64,000 nucleotides of DNA from an uncultured Gammaproteobacteria bacterium (GTDB lineage Bacteria; Pseudomonadota; Gammaproteobacteria; Xanthomonadales; Rhodanobacteraceae), in NCBI GenBank assembly GCA_963758365.1, contig CAVWVB010000001.1, positions 248,428 to 312,427 on the forward strand, in the 5' to 3' direction. Below the pieces are notes generated by a model. The model saw only the letters and a list, made by a program, of their open reading frames with translations. It made no database searches and was not told where the DNA came from. The stretch's first letter is position 1. Each line of letters opens with the position of its first letter. The translations under genes and the position numbers were made by a program. This document shows, piece by piece, positions 52,005-62,640 of the stretch.

Positions 52005-52661
52005 ATGCGCCTGCTCGCTTCGTTCGCGATCGCCGTCTGCGCGAGCGTGTTCGCAAACGTCCACGCGGCCGATGTCGCGTCGGCACCCGATCGGGTGCGA
52101 CCGATCCTGCTCGGCAGCCGATTGCCGGACGCACCGTTGCGCACGATCGAAGGCCAACCGACGTCACTGGTCAAGGCGGTCGGCGGCAGGCCCGCGGTGC
52201 TCGTGTTCTATCGCGGCGGCTGGTGCCCCTACTGCAATCTGCAATTGAGCAACCTGCGCCTGATCGAAAGCGACCTGCACGCGCTCGGCTACCGGATGAT
52301 CGCGATCAGTCCCGACCGGCCAGCGGAACTGCGCAGGACGCTCGGCAAGGATCGCCTCGACTACACGCTGCTGTCGGACAGTTCGGCTGCAGCGATCCGC
52401 GCGTTCGGCATCGCCTATCGCGTCGACGCCGCGACGCTGGGAAAATATCGCGGCTACGGGATCGATCTCGAGCAGGCTTCGGGCGAGAAGCACCACGCGC
52501 TGCCGGTACCGGCCGTGTACATCGTCGACCGCGACGGCATCCTGCAGTTCTCCTACGTGCATCCTGACTACCGCATCCGCGTGCCTTCCGATGTGGTGCT
52601 CGCCGCTGCGCGAGCGATCGCGGGAGAGCAGCAGAAGCTGCATCCGAAACCCGGCGCCTGA
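52005..52661 (+). CDS. peroxiredoxin-like (AhpC/TSA, thioredoxin-fold) secreted protein
   Basis: Signal peptide. VLVFYRGGWCPYCNLQL redox motif. ...PVPAVYIVDRDG. Confidence 0.85.
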   Translation: MRLLASFAIAVCASVFANVHAADVASAPDRVRPILLGSRLPDAPLRTIEGQPTSLVKAVGGRPAVLVFYRGGWCPYCNLQLSNLRLIESDLHALGYRMIAISPDRPAELRRTLGKDRLDYTLLSDSSAAAIRAFGIAYRVDAATLGKYRGYGIDLEQASGEKHHALPVPAVYIVDRDGILQFSYVHPDYRIRVPSDVVLAAARAIAGEQQKLHPKPGA

Positions 52662-52703
52662 GCGATCCGGATCGACCGCTGCGGCGCGGCCCGGGATGCG
52701 GAG

Positions 52704-53222
52704 TCAACGCGCCTTGCGGTAGATCCCGTCGAACACGGGTTTCCAGGTCGTGCCGCCATCGTCCGAGCTTTCCCAGAACTGGCGCACGCTGCGATCCGCG
52801 TTCGCAGTCCAGGTGACGCGGTCGACGTGCGCGCGGCTCGAGTCCGACTGCAGGATCATGCTGCCATCGACCAGGCCGCCCGCCAGATGCAGCACGTCGC
52901 CATGGGAGTCGACCCAGAACTGCCGCCAGGCATGGGTGCGCCGGTCCCAGACGCTGTAACTGGTTCCGGTGACGCCGCCGGCGCCGGCGCTGGTCCAGTG
53001 CTCGGCAAGCGCGCAGCCGTCGACGATCGATTGGACGCGGTTGTGGCCCTGGGCTTTTCCGTTCGGATCGCTGACGTCCCAGTCGCCGATCCAGAAATCG
53101 AACTGGCGGAACTGCGCGTCCGCGCAGCCCGCGGCCGCTTTCGGCTGCGCAGCCGGCTGTTGCGCGAATACGCAGCCGGCCATGGCGATCAGGGCAACAG
53201 CGAGTGCGCGCAACAGGATCAT
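52704..53222 (-). CDS. hypothetical lipoprotein
   Basis: Start MILLRALAVALIAMAGC (lipobox) inside ORF 52704..53618. The FDFWIGDWDV...HWTSAGG...FWVDSHG pattern suggests a DUF1579-like beta-barrel, not verified. Confidence 0.6.
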   Translation of the reverse strand: MILLRALAVALIAMAGCVFAQQPAAQPKAAAGCADAQFRQFDFWIGDWDVSDPNGKAQGHNRVQSIVDGCALAEHWTSAGAGGVTGTSYSVWDRRTHAWRQFWVDSHGDVLHLAGGLVDGSMILQSDSSRAHVDRVTWTANADRSVRQFWESSDDGGTTWKPVFDGIYRKAR

Positions 53223-53458
53223 GACGACCTCCGGCGGGTGACGTGACGGTGATTCCGACCCTTGCCAACGATACGCGGTACGCGCGCACACCGGGCGCCG
53301 GTTGCACGCGGAAGTGACCGCTGCGGCGCGTTTTCCGCACGGTTCGGCGCCAGGTCGGCGGCGCCCACGTGGAACGGCCCGCGCGCCGGCAGGTGCCTGG
53401 GTACCAGCCGCGGACCGCAGCGCGTGCAGCGGCCGCGCATGCGCGCGACAATCGCGCG

Positions 53459-54883
53459 ATGACTTCGATCGGCACGAGCGACGATTCCCCCGCACACGCG
53501 CAGCGCGCGTTCGAGCAGGCGTGCGCGCTCGGCGCGGGCGGCGACGATGCGGGCGCCGAAGCCGCGTTCCGCGCGATCCTGCGCCGCGATCCGGGCCATC
53601 GCGCCGCGGCCGCAACACTCGCGCATACCTTCGCCGAGAACGGCCGACCGAATGCGGCGGCCGAGATCGTGCTGCAGGCCCATCGCGCCGGTGCGTTCGA
53701 TGCGGTTACCGCAGCGACCTTCCTGCGTCTGTGCCAGCGCTTCGAGGATGCCTACGCGGTCTGCAGTGCGGCCCTGACCGGGCAGCCCGCGGACGCGCGG
53801 CTGCGCTCGCTGGCCGGCACGATCGCGCTCAACCTGGGCCGCTTCGACGACGCGATCGTGCATCTGCGCGGCGCGCTCGACGCGGCTCCCGAGGATGCCG
53901 GGGCTTGGCTCGCGCTCGCGCGCACGAAGAAGTTCGCCGACTCGGCCGACCCGGAACTCGCGCTGCTCGAACGCGCGGCGCGCGAGGGCAGGGCGAGCGC
54001 CGATGCGCGCGAGGCGATCGGCTTCGCGCTCGGCAAGGCCTACGACGATCTCGGACGCTTCGCGGCCGCGGCGACAACTCTCGACGCGGCCAACCGCAGC
54101 TATCGCGGGCGCCTGCAGGCAACGCAGGCGGACTGGCGCGGCGAACTCGAACGCGCGCTCGGCCAGCGCTGGCCCGCGGCACGAACCGTCGACCGCGGAT
54201 TCCGGCCGCTGTTCGTGGTCGGCATGCCGCGTTCCGGCACGACCCTGCTCGCGACCCTGCTCGAGCGTCACTTCGGCGCGCGCAACCGTGGCGAGACACA
54301 CTGGGTCGCGGAGACCGCGCGCCGGCTCGGTACCGTCTACACCGGCGCCGACGCGAGCGATGCGGCGGCCGCATTCCTTGCCCGGCAACTGCGTCAGGAC
54401 GATGCCGACGCGCCGTTCCACCTCGACAAGAATCCGCTCAACTTCCGCTACCTGCGACTGGTCCTCGCGCTGCTGCCGCAGGCCAGGTTCATCTGGCTGC
54501 AACGTAGCGCGCGCGACACCGCGCTGTCGTTGTGGATGCAGCACTTCGCGCATCCGGATCTCGCGTTCGCGTACGCGTGGACGGATATCGCGACGACCTT
54601 GCAAGGCCATGCGACGCTGCTCGAAGACAGCCGCGACATCGATGCCGGCGCGCTGCTGCATCTGCGCTACGAGGATCTGGTCGCTGCACCCGCAGCGGCG
54701 GTGCAGTCGATCGCCGCGTTTCTCGGTGTCGCTGCGTCCGGCGCGCCACGAGCCGCGCGCGCAAGCGGCATCGCGACCGCGAGCCTGTGGCAGGCGCGCC
54801 AGCCGGTGTACGCCGACTCGGTCGGGCGCTGGCGCCACTACCGCGGCGTCGTGCCGGAACTGGAAAACCTGTTCGACGACTGA
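53459..54883 (+). CDS. TPR-repeat sulfotransferase family protein
   Basis: Start MTSIGTS inside ORF 53369..54883. N-terminal TPR-like helices, then VVGMPRSGTTLLATLLERH (5'-PSB PAPS-binding loop) and FIWLQRSARDTALS (3'-PB motif). Confidence 0.8.
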   Translation: MTSIGTSDDSPAHAQRAFEQACALGAGGDDAGAEAAFRAILRRDPGHRAAAATLAHTFAENGRPNAAAEIVLQAHRAGAFDAVTAATFLRLCQRFEDAYAVCSAALTGQPADARLRSLAGTIALNLGRFDDAIVHLRGALDAAPEDAGAWLALARTKKFADSADPELALLERAAREGRASADAREAIGFALGKAYDDLGRFAAAATTLDAANRSYRGRLQATQADWRGELERALGQRWPAARTVDRGFRPLFVVGMPRSGTTLLATLLERHFGARNRGETHWVAETARRLGTVYTGADASDAAAAFLARQLRQDDADAPFHLDKNPLNFRYLRLVLALLPQARFIWLQRSARDTALSLWMQHFAHPDLAFAYAWTDIATTLQGHATLLEDSRDIDAGALLHLRYEDLVAAPAAAVQSIAAFLGVAASGAPRAARASGIATASLWQARQPVYADSVGRWRHYRGVVPELENLFDD

Positions 54884-54972
54884 GACGCAGCAGGTTGCAG
54901 GTTGCAGGCACGCGGGCCGGCGACGCGGAAGCGCCATTTGCCATCCGCGCCCACGTCTGTTCAGATGCCCGC

Positions 54973-56382
54973 ATGGCCGACTTCCCGTGCAGATGGCCCG
55001 GATGGACGCCGCTGTTGTGTGCGGCGTTGCTCTGCGCATGCGGCCTCGTCTCCGCCGCGGCGGCACCGCATGCGGTCCTGCTGCGCGTCGATGGGGCGAT
55101 CAGTCCCGCGAGCGCCGACTACGTCGAACGCGGTATCGCGCATGCGGACGACGCAAAGGCCGCGGTCGTCGTGCTCGAGATGGATACGCCGGGCGGTCTC
55201 GACAAATCGATGCGCTCGATCATCAAGGCGATCCTCGCCTCGCCGGTGCCGGTCGTCGCTTACGTCGCGCCGAGTGGTTCGCGCGCAGCGAGCGCAGGCA
55301 CCTACATACTCTATGCATCGCATGTCGCCGCGATGGCGCCGGCCACGAACCTCGGCGCGGCGACACCCGTGCAGCTGATCGGAAAACCGCAGCCCGCATT
55401 GCCGCTGCCGGCCGCGCCCGACAAGGGCACGCTGCCGGGCAGTGCCGGCGACAAGGACACCGGGACCGCGCCGGCGCCGGATGCCGAGACGCGCAAGGTG
55501 GTCAACGATGCAGTCGCCTACATTCGCGCGCTGGCCGAGCAGCGCGGGCGCAATGCCGACTGGGCCGAAAAGGCGGTGCGCGATGCGGCCAGCGTGTCGG
55601 CCGAGGAAGCGCTCAAGTTGAAGGTGATCGACCTGATCGCACCGGATCTGCCGCACCTGCTCGCGGCGGTCGACGGACGGCGTGTCGGCACGGTCGAGGG
55701 CGAACGCGTGCTGCATACGCGTGATGCGGTCGTCGAGGCGCTGACACCGGACTGGCGCAGCCGTTTCCTCGCGGTGATCGCCGACCCCTCGGTCGCGTAT
55801 CTGCTGCTGCTGCTCGGGCTCGGCGGCCTGCTGTTCGAGGGCTACAGCCCCGGTGCGGTGCTGCCCGGCGTGGTCGGCGCGATCTGTCTGCTGCTCGCGC
55901 TGTATGCGCTGCAGATGCTGCCGGTGAACTACGCGGGCCTGGCCCTGATCGCGCTCGGCATTGCGTTGCTGATTGCCGAAACCATGGTGCCGGCCTATGG
56001 TTCGCTCGGAATCGGCGGCGTCGTCGCGTTCGTGATCGGATCGGTGATTCTGATGGATACCAGCATTCCCGGCTATGGCATCTCGCTGCCGCTGCTTGTC
56101 GGTGTCAGCCTGTCCGCTGCGCTCGCGCTGGCCGGCATCATCTGGCTCGCGCTGCGTGCGCGCGGGCGCCCGGTGGTCAGCGGCCGCGAACAGATGATCG
56201 GTGCGGTCGGCGAGGCGCTCGGCGACTTCGACGCACGCGGCAGCGTGCATGTGCATGGCGAGCGCTGGCAGGCGCGCGCACTCGCACCGGTACACAAGGG
56301 CGAACCGGTGCAGGTCACCGCGGTCGAGGGTCTCGTGCTCGCGGTGAAACCGCTGCCGCGCACAACCACAGGAGTGTCGTGA
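54973..56382 (+). CDS. NfeD-family membrane-bound ClpP-class serine protease
   Basis: Start MADFPCRW inside ORF 54532..56382. [31 protein letters not shown] (ClpP-like Ser), central TM block, C-terminal OB domain ([12 protein letters not shown]...[12 protein letters not shown]). Confidence 0.88.
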   Translation: MADFPCRWPGWTPLLCAALLCACGLVSAAAAPHAVLLRVDGAISPASADYVERGIAHADDAKAAVVVLEMDTPGGLDKSMRSIIKAILASPVPVVAYVAPSGSRAASAGTYILYASHVAAMAPATNLGAATPVQLIGKPQPALPLPAAPDKGTLPGSAGDKDTGTAPAPDAETRKVVNDAVAYIRALAEQRGRNADWAEKAVRDAASVSAEEALKLKVIDLIAPDLPHLLAAVDGRRVGTVEGERVLHTRDAVVEALTPDWRSRFLAVIADPSVAYLLLLLGLGGLLFEGYSPGAVLPGVVGAICLLLALYALQMLPVNYAGLALIALGIALLIAETMVPAYGSLGIGGVVAFVIGSVILMDTSIPGYGISLPLLVGVSLSAALALAGIIWLALRARGRPVVSGREQMIGAVGEALGDFDARGSVHVHGERWQARALAPVHKGEPVQVTAVEGLVLAVKPLPRTTTGVS

Positions 56383-57149
56383 TGTTTTCCGTCATTGGTG
56401 TCGTCGTCTTTCTCGCGCTGGTCCTGATCACCAGCTCGTTCAAGATCCTGCGCGAGTACGAACGCGGCGTGATCTTCCTGTTCGGGCGCTTTCAGGCGGT
56501 CAAGGGGCCTGGCATCATCATCCTGATTCCGCTGCTGCAGCAGATGGTGCGCATCGACCTGCGCACGATCGTGATGGATATTCCGCCGCAGGACGTGATC
56601 TCGCGCGACAACGTGCCGGTCAAGGTCAACGCGGTGCTGCTGTTTCGCGTGATCGATCCGGAACGCGCGGTGATCCAGGTCGAGGATGCGCGCGAGGCGA
56701 CCAGTCAGCTCGCGCAGACCACGCTGCGCTCGGTGCTCGGCCAGCACGAGCTCGACGAGATGCTCAGCGAGCGCGACAAGCTCAACCACGACATCCAGGT
56801 GATCCTCGACCAGCACACCGACGCCTGGGGCATCAAGGTCTCGAACGTCGAGATCAAGCAGGTCGATCTCGACGAGGGCATGATCCGCGCGATCGCGCGC
56901 CAGGCCGAAGCCGAGCGCCAGCGGCGTGCGAAGATCATCAATGCGGAAGGCGAGCTGCAGGCCTCGGAAAAACTCATGCAGGCCGCGCAGACCCTGATGC
57001 AGCAGCCGCAGTCGATCCAGTTGCGCTATCTGCAGACCCTGGTCGAAGTCGCGGGCGACCGCACGACCACGGTGGTGTTTCCGCTGCCGCTGGACCTGAT
57101 CGAGCCGCTGCTCGCGAAGGCGCGTCCCGCGGGCGGCGCGACGAGCTGA
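56379..57149 (+). CDS. SPFH/stomatin-family (slipin) protein
   Basis: 4-nt overlap with nfe[17 protein letters not shown]...GPGIIILIP..., [20 protein letters not shown] are classic band-7/stomatin motifs. Confidence 0.92.
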   Translation: MMFSVIGVVVFLALVLITSSFKILREYERGVIFLFGRFQAVKGPGIIILIPLLQQMVRIDLRTIVMDIPPQDVISRDNVPVKVNAVLLFRVIDPERAVIQVEDAREATSQLAQTTLRSVLGQHELDEMLSERDKLNHDIQVILDQHTDAWGIKVSNVEIKQVDLDEGMIRAIARQAEAERQRRAKIINAEGELQASEKLMQAAQTLMQQPQSIQLRYLQTLVEVAGDRTTTVVFPLPLDLIEPLLAKARPAGGATS

Positions 57150-57386
57150 CCTGCGGCCTCACGCACGCGGTCCGGGCCGATCCGCTTGCGGTCGTGATCT
57201 TCGTGGCGTCAGGCCGGGGCGGCCTGACCTGAGCAAACGGGTCGCCGCGGTGAGCGTCGCGGCGTCACCCGCCCGACCTGCGAAGTGTCACGCGCGTCAC
57301 CGTTTTGCAGACAACCGGATGGTCCAATCCGCGCATCGGCTCGACGGCACGCGCGGCCGCTTCACGCGCGGCGGAGGGAGATCGCA

Positions 57387-58793
57387 ATGCATCGCTGGGT
57401 GACGCTCCTGCTGCTCGCAGCCGCACTGCCGGCGGCTGCGAATTCGTTCTACATCGATCCGGTCGCGGGCAGCGACGGTGGCGACGGCAGCGCAACGGCG
57501 CCGTGGCGCTCCCTGCAGGCAGTGTTCGACGCGGGCCTGGTCGAGACGCGCGACTGGCCGTCCTATCCGTACGATCCGGGTATGCAACTGGTCGTCGTGA
57601 ACCCGGGTGCGCCGGTGCGCGCGGGCGACATGCTGTGGCTGCGCAACGGTTACCACGGCGATCTCGTGATCGAGCACATGTACAACGCCGCGCCGATCAC
57701 GATCGCGGCCGCGGCCGGGCAGACGCCGCATCTACGCAGCGTGCGCGTGCAGGCCGCACAGAACTGGATCCTGCGCGGCCTGTCGATCAGTCCGTCCTAT
57801 GCGACCGCCAACGCCCAGATCACGATGGTCGCAATCAGCGATCACAGCTATTTCGGTCCCGCCTGGGACATCGAACTCGCCGACAGCGACCTGTTCAGCG
57901 TCGCCGATGCGTCGACATGGGGCGCAGCGGAATGGGTCGACCTCGCGTCGAGCGGTATCGATATCGGTGCCGACCGCATCAGCGTGCACGACAACCGCCT
58001 GCGCAACGTGCGCTTCGGGATCGGCGTCGGTGGCGCCGATGCGCGTGTCCAGCGCAACCTGATCGACGGATTCTCGGCCGACGGCCTGCGCGGCCTTGGT
58101 GACCGCGGCCTGTTCGAATACAACCGCGTGCAGAACGTCAAGATCGGCGACCCGCCGGACGCGAACCACGACGACGGATTCCAAAGCTGGTCGGTCGGCC
58201 CCGGTGGCGTCGGCACCGGCGAGGTCACGGGCGTGGTCCTGCGCGGCAACGTGTTCATCAATTCCACCGACCCGAACGATCCGTTGCGAAACAGCATGCA
58301 GGGCATCGGCTGCTTCGACGGCTTCTTCGTCGGCTGGGTGGTCGAGAACAACATCGTGATCACCGACCACTGGCATGGCATCAGTTTCTACGGTGTACGT
58401 GACTCGCGCATCGTCAACAACACGGTGATCGACATGAACGACGTCTCGCCCGGACCGCCGTGGATCATGGTGCATGCGCACAAGGACGGAACGCCGAGCG
58501 CGAACGTCGTCGTGCGCAACAACCTCGCCACCGATTACTCGCTGGACGGCACGAATCTGGTCAGCGATCACAATCTCGAGTTCACGATGCAGAACGCGGG
58601 CGCGCTGTTCGCGGCGCCGCCGTACGATCTGCATCTGCTGGCGGGCACGGCCGCGGTCGACAGCGGCAGCGCCGACCTCGCACCCGTGGTCGATATCGAA
58701 GGCGTGCCGCGGCCGCAGGGAGCCGGATACGATCTCGGCGCCTACGAACTGCGTGTCGATCATCTGTTCGCAGACGGTTTCGACGCAGGCTGA
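57387..58793 (+). CDS. secreted right-handed parallel beta-helix repeat protein
   Basis: GGAGGGA SD plus ATG 57387. Signal peptide MHRWVTLLLLAAALPAAA. FYIDPVAGSDGGDGSATAPWRSLQ start typical of pectate-lyase-fold proteins. Repeated ..N.I....DG. turns. C-terminal LFADGFDAG. Confidence 0.75.
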   Translation: MHRWVTLLLLAAALPAAANSFYIDPVAGSDGGDGSATAPWRSLQAVFDAGLVETRDWPSYPYDPGMQLVVVNPGAPVRAGDMLWLRNGYHGDLVIEHMYNAAPITIAAAAGQTPHLRSVRVQAAQNWILRGLSISPSYATANAQITMVAISDHSYFGPAWDIELADSDLFSVADASTWGAAEWVDLASSGIDIGADRISVHDNRLRNVRFGIGVGGADARVQRNLIDGFSADGLRGLGDRGLFEYNRVQNVKIGDPPDANHDDGFQSWSVGPGGVGTGEVTGVVLRGNVFINSTDPNDPLRNSMQGIGCFDGFFVGWVVENNIVITDHWHGISFYGVRDSRIVNNTVIDMNDVSPGPPWIMVHAHKDGTPSANVVVRNNLATDYSLDGTNLVSDHNLEFTMQNAGALFAAPPYDLHLLAGTAAVDSGSADLAPVVDIEGVPRPQGAGYDLGAYELRVDHLFADGFDAG

Positions 58794-58907
58794 AGATTCG
58801 CGATCGGTGCCACAGCCGGCAGGCGTCGTTGCGCGCGGTCGCCGGTCCCGCCGGCCAGCTCGCGCCGAAGCGATGCCCGCGCCGGCCCCGCGCCTGCGGC
58901 CACGCGC

Positions 58908-58936
58908 GTCAGGTCGGCCGAGCCGACCTGACCTAC
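58908..58936. repeat. palindromic REP-like element
   Basis: gtcaggtcggccgagccgacctgacctac: same family as 15663-15693. Confidence 0.6.
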
Positions 58937-58987
58937 CCCGGATACGCTGGCGCCATGGGCGCGCGTTGGCCGATCCGCCGCGTGCGC

Positions 58988-59309
58988 GTCAGGTCAGGTC
59001 GCCCCGACCCGACGCGCGCGCTGCATCAAGCCCCGTAGGTCAGGTCGCCCCGACCCGACGCCCGCGCTGCATCAAGCCCCCGTAGGTCAGGTCGCCCCAA
59101 CCCGACGCCCGCGCTGCATCAAGCCCCGTAGGTCAGGTCGCCCCGACCCGACGCGCGCGCTGCATCAAGCCCCCGTAGGTCAGGTCGCCCCAACCCGACG
59201 CCCGCGCTGCATCAAGCCCCCGTAGGTCAGGCCGCCCCGACCTGACGACCGCGCTGCATCAAGCTCCGTAGGTCAGGTCGCCCCGACCTGACGCCGCGCT
59301 GCATCAAGC
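58988..59309. repeat. tandem array, 7 units of 46-47 bp (last unit ~42 bp), REP-derived, each unit hairpin-capable
   Basis: Unit GTAGGTCAGGTCGCCCCGACC(C/T)GACGCCCGCGCTGCATCAAGCCCC. Unit starts at 58988, 59035, 59082, 59128, 59175, 59222, 59268. There are no unique spacers between units. Confidence 0.92.
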
Positions 59310-59393
59310 GCGGTAGACCCCGCAGTCCGCCTCGATTAAACCGCGGCACGCGGTTCGCGCATCAAACCCGGAGTCCATTCCGGAGATCCCAGC

Positions 59394-60221
59394 ATGCGTC
59401 GCCTCCTTCTCGTGATCGGCTTCCTCCCCGCGTTCGCGGCCGCCAATGAATGCAAGTTCACCGCCCAGCACGATTTCGATGTCGACGCGGCGGGTCTGAA
59501 AACCATCGCATTGGCGCTTGGTTCCAGTGATGTCACCGTCGAGGGCGTGCCCGGTCTCGCGCGCATCGAAGTGCGCGGCAAGGCCTGCGCATCGGAGCAG
59601 GACTGGCTGTCGGGTCTGGACGTCGGCCAGCAACGCAGCGGTGATCGCCTCACGATCACGCCGCGGCAGACACGCGGCAGCAGCTGGAGCTGGTTCCATT
59701 CCAGTTATGCCTATGTCGACCTTCAGGTGCGCATGCCCGCGTCGCTCGCAGTCGCAATCGACGCCAGTTCGGGAGACGCGGACGTACGCGATGTCGCCGC
59801 GCTGACGTTCGACTCGAGCTCGGGCGACCTCGTCGTCGACCACATCTCGGGCGCGCTCAGCGTCAAGGTCAGCTCGGGTGACGTGCATGGAGGCGAAGTC
59901 GGCAGTGTCGAGGTGCGCGGCACATCCTCGGGGGACATCAACCTGCGCGATGTGCGCGGCGAAGTTCATGTCGCGCGCGCGGGTTCGGGTGACCTGCAGT
60001 TCGACAACGTGGCCGGCAGCGTCGATATCGGCAGCGTCGGTTCCGGCGACGTATCGGCGAGCCGCGTCGATCGCGACGTGACCGTCGATTCGATCGGCTC
60101 GGGCGATGTGCGTGTCGATACGGTCGGCGGCAATTTCAGCGTGCGTTCGATCGGTTCGGGCGACGTGAGTCACCGCGACGTGCGCGGCACCGTGTCCGTG
60201 CCGCATGACGACGACGACTGA
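59394..60221 (+). CDS. DUF4097/DUF2807-type putative adhesin (beta-helical GSGD repeats)
   Basis: Signal peptide MRRLLLVIGFLPAFAAA. More than 8 repeats of (S/G)SGD(V/L/I)xxxxV spaced about 20 aa apart. Confidence 0.75.
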   Translation: MRRLLLVIGFLPAFAAANECKFTAQHDFDVDAAGLKTIALALGSSDVTVEGVPGLARIEVRGKACASEQDWLSGLDVGQQRSGDRLTITPRQTRGSSWSWFHSSYAYVDLQVRMPASLAVAIDASSGDADVRDVAALTFDSSSGDLVVDHISGALSVKVSSGDVHGGEVGSVEVRGTSSGDINLRDVRGEVHVARAGSGDLQFDNVAGSVDIGSVGSGDVSASRVDRDVTVDSIGSGDVRVDTVGGNFSVRSIGSGDVSHRDVRGTVSVPHDDDD

Positions 60222-60410
60222 AGCGGATCGCGCAGCCTGGGGCGCTGGGTCACGCGGCGGCCCGCTCGCCGCAACACGCGGGCCCGCGCTGCGCCGCGGA
60301 ACCCGGTTTGTTCCTGCCTGCGTGATTCATGGAAGCAGGATCCGCCGACGGACTCGCCGACCGCACCGGCTTCGGCTATGTTCGGCCTCATTGCAAAGCG
60401 GATGAGGCCA

Positions 60411-60905
60411 ATGGGCACACTGAGCGGGCATCACCGGACACACCCCTCGCGGTCGCGCACGTGCAACGCCGGGCGCGGTGCGCAGCTCGTATTCTGGAGT
60501 CTGCTGCTCGCCGCGTGTGCACCGTCGGCGCCGCCTGCCGGCGAGTCCGCGCCGCGCGCTTCCATGGCTGCCGACGAGGCCGCCGCCGCAACCGGGCTCA
60601 AGGCGCTTTTCGTCGACCACGACTGGCAGGTCGAGGCATCCACAGCGGTTGCCGCGGGCACCGTGTATCGTTTCGGCGCCGACGGCGACCTGCGTATCGG
60701 GTCGCCCGGTTCGGTTCCCGCGCACGGGACCTGGAGGTTCGAGCATGGCGCGCTGATCATGGTCGAGGAGGGCATCGCGTACCGGGCCGACATCCTGCGC
60801 CTGGATGCGCTCCACTTCGTGATCCGCAGCCACAATCCGGGCCGGCCGGTCGATATCGAGATGGTGCGTGCGGATGCACCCACGTCCGGGACCGGGCGCA
60901 GGTAG
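60411..60905 (+). CDS. hypothetical lipoprotein (start uncertain)
   Basis: LVFWSLLLAAC lipobox. ...WRFEHGALIMVEEG..YRADILRLDALHFVIRS. Possible starts at 60378, 60402 or 60411. Confidence 0.45.
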   Translation: MGTLSGHHRTHPSRSRTCNAGRGAQLVFWSLLLAACAPSAPPAGESAPRASMAADEAAAATGLKALFVDHDWQVEASTAVAAGTVYRFGADGDLRIGSPGSVPAHGTWRFEHGALIMVEEGIAYRADILRLDALHFVIRSHNPGRPVDIEMVRADAPTSGTGRR

Positions 60906-60990
60906 CGATCGAATCCGGCACGCGCAGCCGCGTTTCCTTTGCCCCGGGCGCGGGTTACGCTGGCGGCCTCTCTCCGCGGAGCACGCCGAC

Positions 60991-61746
60991 ATGGCGAACC
61001 AGTCGACCACGCTCGCCGTGCTCATCGACGCCGACAACGCGCAGCCCGCGGTCGTCGATGGCCTGATGGCCGAGATCGCGAAATACGGCACCGCGACCGT
61101 GAAGCGCATCTATGGCGACTGGACCGGTCCGCAGTTGCGCGGCTGGAAGGACGTGCTGCTCACCCACGCGATCCAGCCGATCCAGCAGTTCCGCTACACG
61201 ACCGGCAAGAACGCGACCGATTCCGCGCTGATCATCGATGCGATGGACCTGCTCTACGGCGCCAAGCTCGGCGGTTTCTGCATCGTCTCCAGCGACAGCG
61301 ACTTCACGCGCCTGGCCGCGCGCGTGCGCGAGGGCGGCCTCGTCGTGTACGGATTCGGCGAGAAGAAGACGCCTATGCCATTCGTGTCCGCGTGCGACAA
61401 GTTCATCTACACCGAAATCCTGATCGCCAAGGACGACGAGCGCGAGACCACGCCGCCGCGGGCGACCGCGCAGCTCAAGCAGGACGCGCGCATGGTCACC
61501 CTGCTGCGCAACGCGGTCGAGGCGTCATCGGACGATTCGGGCTGGGCCAATCTCGGTCCGGTCGGCAGCAACATCGCCAAGCAGGCCCCGGAATTCGATC
61601 CGCGCAACTACGGCTATCGCAAGCTCAGCGATCTGGTCGAGGCGAGCGGGCTGTTCGAGATCGAGAAGCGCAAACTCGGCGAGAGCGGAACGACTGCGAC
61701 GTTCCTGCGTCACCGTCACAATCGGGGCCGCCGCAAGGGCGGCTGA
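60991..61746 (+). CDS. NYN (LabA-like PIN) domain protein with C-terminal OST-HTH/LOTUS domain
   Basis: Start MANQSTTLAVLIDADNA inside ORF 60868..61746. YGDW...ATDSALIIDAMDLLY...FCIVSSDSDFTRLAARVREGGLVVYGFG is the NYN core. ...GWANLGPVGSNIAKQAPEFDPRNYGYRKLSDLV is LOTUS-like. Confidence 0.85.
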   Translation: MANQSTTLAVLIDADNAQPAVVDGLMAEIAKYGTATVKRIYGDWTGPQLRGWKDVLLTHAIQPIQQFRYTTGKNATDSALIIDAMDLLYGAKLGGFCIVSSDSDFTRLAARVREGGLVVYGFGEKKTPMPFVSACDKFIYTEILIAKDDERETTPPRATAQLKQDARMVTLLRNAVEASSDDSGWANLGPVGSNIAKQAPEFDPRNYGYRKLSDLVEASGLFEIEKRKLGESGTTATFLRHRHNRGRRKGG

Positions 61747-61786
61747 CGTGCTGCGCGACGCCCCACGACCTGCGGGCCGTGTGCGG

Positions 61787-62287
61787 TCACTCGTTCGCGG
61801 CGAAGTGCAGGCCTTCGAGGCCGCCGTCGAAGCAGGCACGCTCGCGACGCAGCTGTTCGAGCGCGTTGGCGTGCGATGCGCGCGCGGGCAGGTAGGTGCG
61901 CAGGCGTTCGAGCAGACCCCTCGGTGCAACCGCGGTGCGTGACTGCACGCGGCCGGCGCCGTTTGCTGCGGGAGCCGAGGAAGCGGCCTGCTCGCGCAGC
62001 CGGGTGGTCTGGCCATCGCGCATGCGCTGGTTCCAGGCCTCGACCTGAAGCTTTGCTTCGGCAAGCGAATCGAACAGTTCGAGCTGGCGCGAGGGCAGCG
62101 GACGGTCCCACCAGGTCAGCGCGAACTTGCCGTCCCAGGGACCGGAGATTCCGGCGATCGCCTTGTCGCCCAGTTGCGCGATCGCGACAAGACCGTCGTA
62201 GCGCGAGCGCCACTGGATAGTCGGCACCACCCCGGGCAAGGCCTCCTGCGTGCTGCTCCAGTCCAAAGCGCTGTTCGTCATTGCCAT
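61787..62287 (-). CDS. hypothetical protein
   Basis: Start MAMTNSALDW inside ORF 61787..62386. No family recognised. Coding call rests on ORF length and G/C-rich third positions only. Confidence 0.4.
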   Translation of the reverse strand: MAMTNSALDWSSTQEALPGVVPTIQWRSRYDGLVAIAQLGDKAIAGISGPWDGKFALTWWDRPLPSRQLELFDSLAEAKLQVEAWNQRMRDGQTTRLREQAASSAPAANGAGRVQSRTAVAPRGLLERLRTYLPARASHANALEQLRRERACFDGGLEGLHFAANE

Positions 62288-62640
62288 TCCGTGAGTTGGC
62301 CAAAGGGGTGACCCCTGACTGAACCTAGCAAGCAACGTGCCAGTTTCTGGGCCGCCTGCCAGCACGCGATGCGCGGTGGCGGCCACGCGCGCGTGTCAAT
62401 TCGTGGCAATTTCGGTACCCGACGTGCGCGTGCTGTCGGATCGCCACGCCACGCGTGAGGGCATCGCGGGCGACCCGCGACGGTCGCGTGGCGGCCACGG
62501 CGCACGCATGGCCCGGCTCGCCGCGATGCGCGCGGCGCATTCGGGCCAGCCATTCGCGGCCTTGGTCGTCGCGGCAGGGTCATGTAGATTGCACGCGCTG
62601 GCGTGCGCCGCACCGCACCGGCGCGATCACGAGACCCTGC

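Noticed and set aside
58988-59309. Possible CRISPR array, because of regularly spaced 46-47 bp repeats
   Set aside because: The units abut directly with no unique spacers, no cas genes are in the window, and the unit is a derivative of the genome's REP palindrome. It is a tandem minisatellite, not CRISPR.
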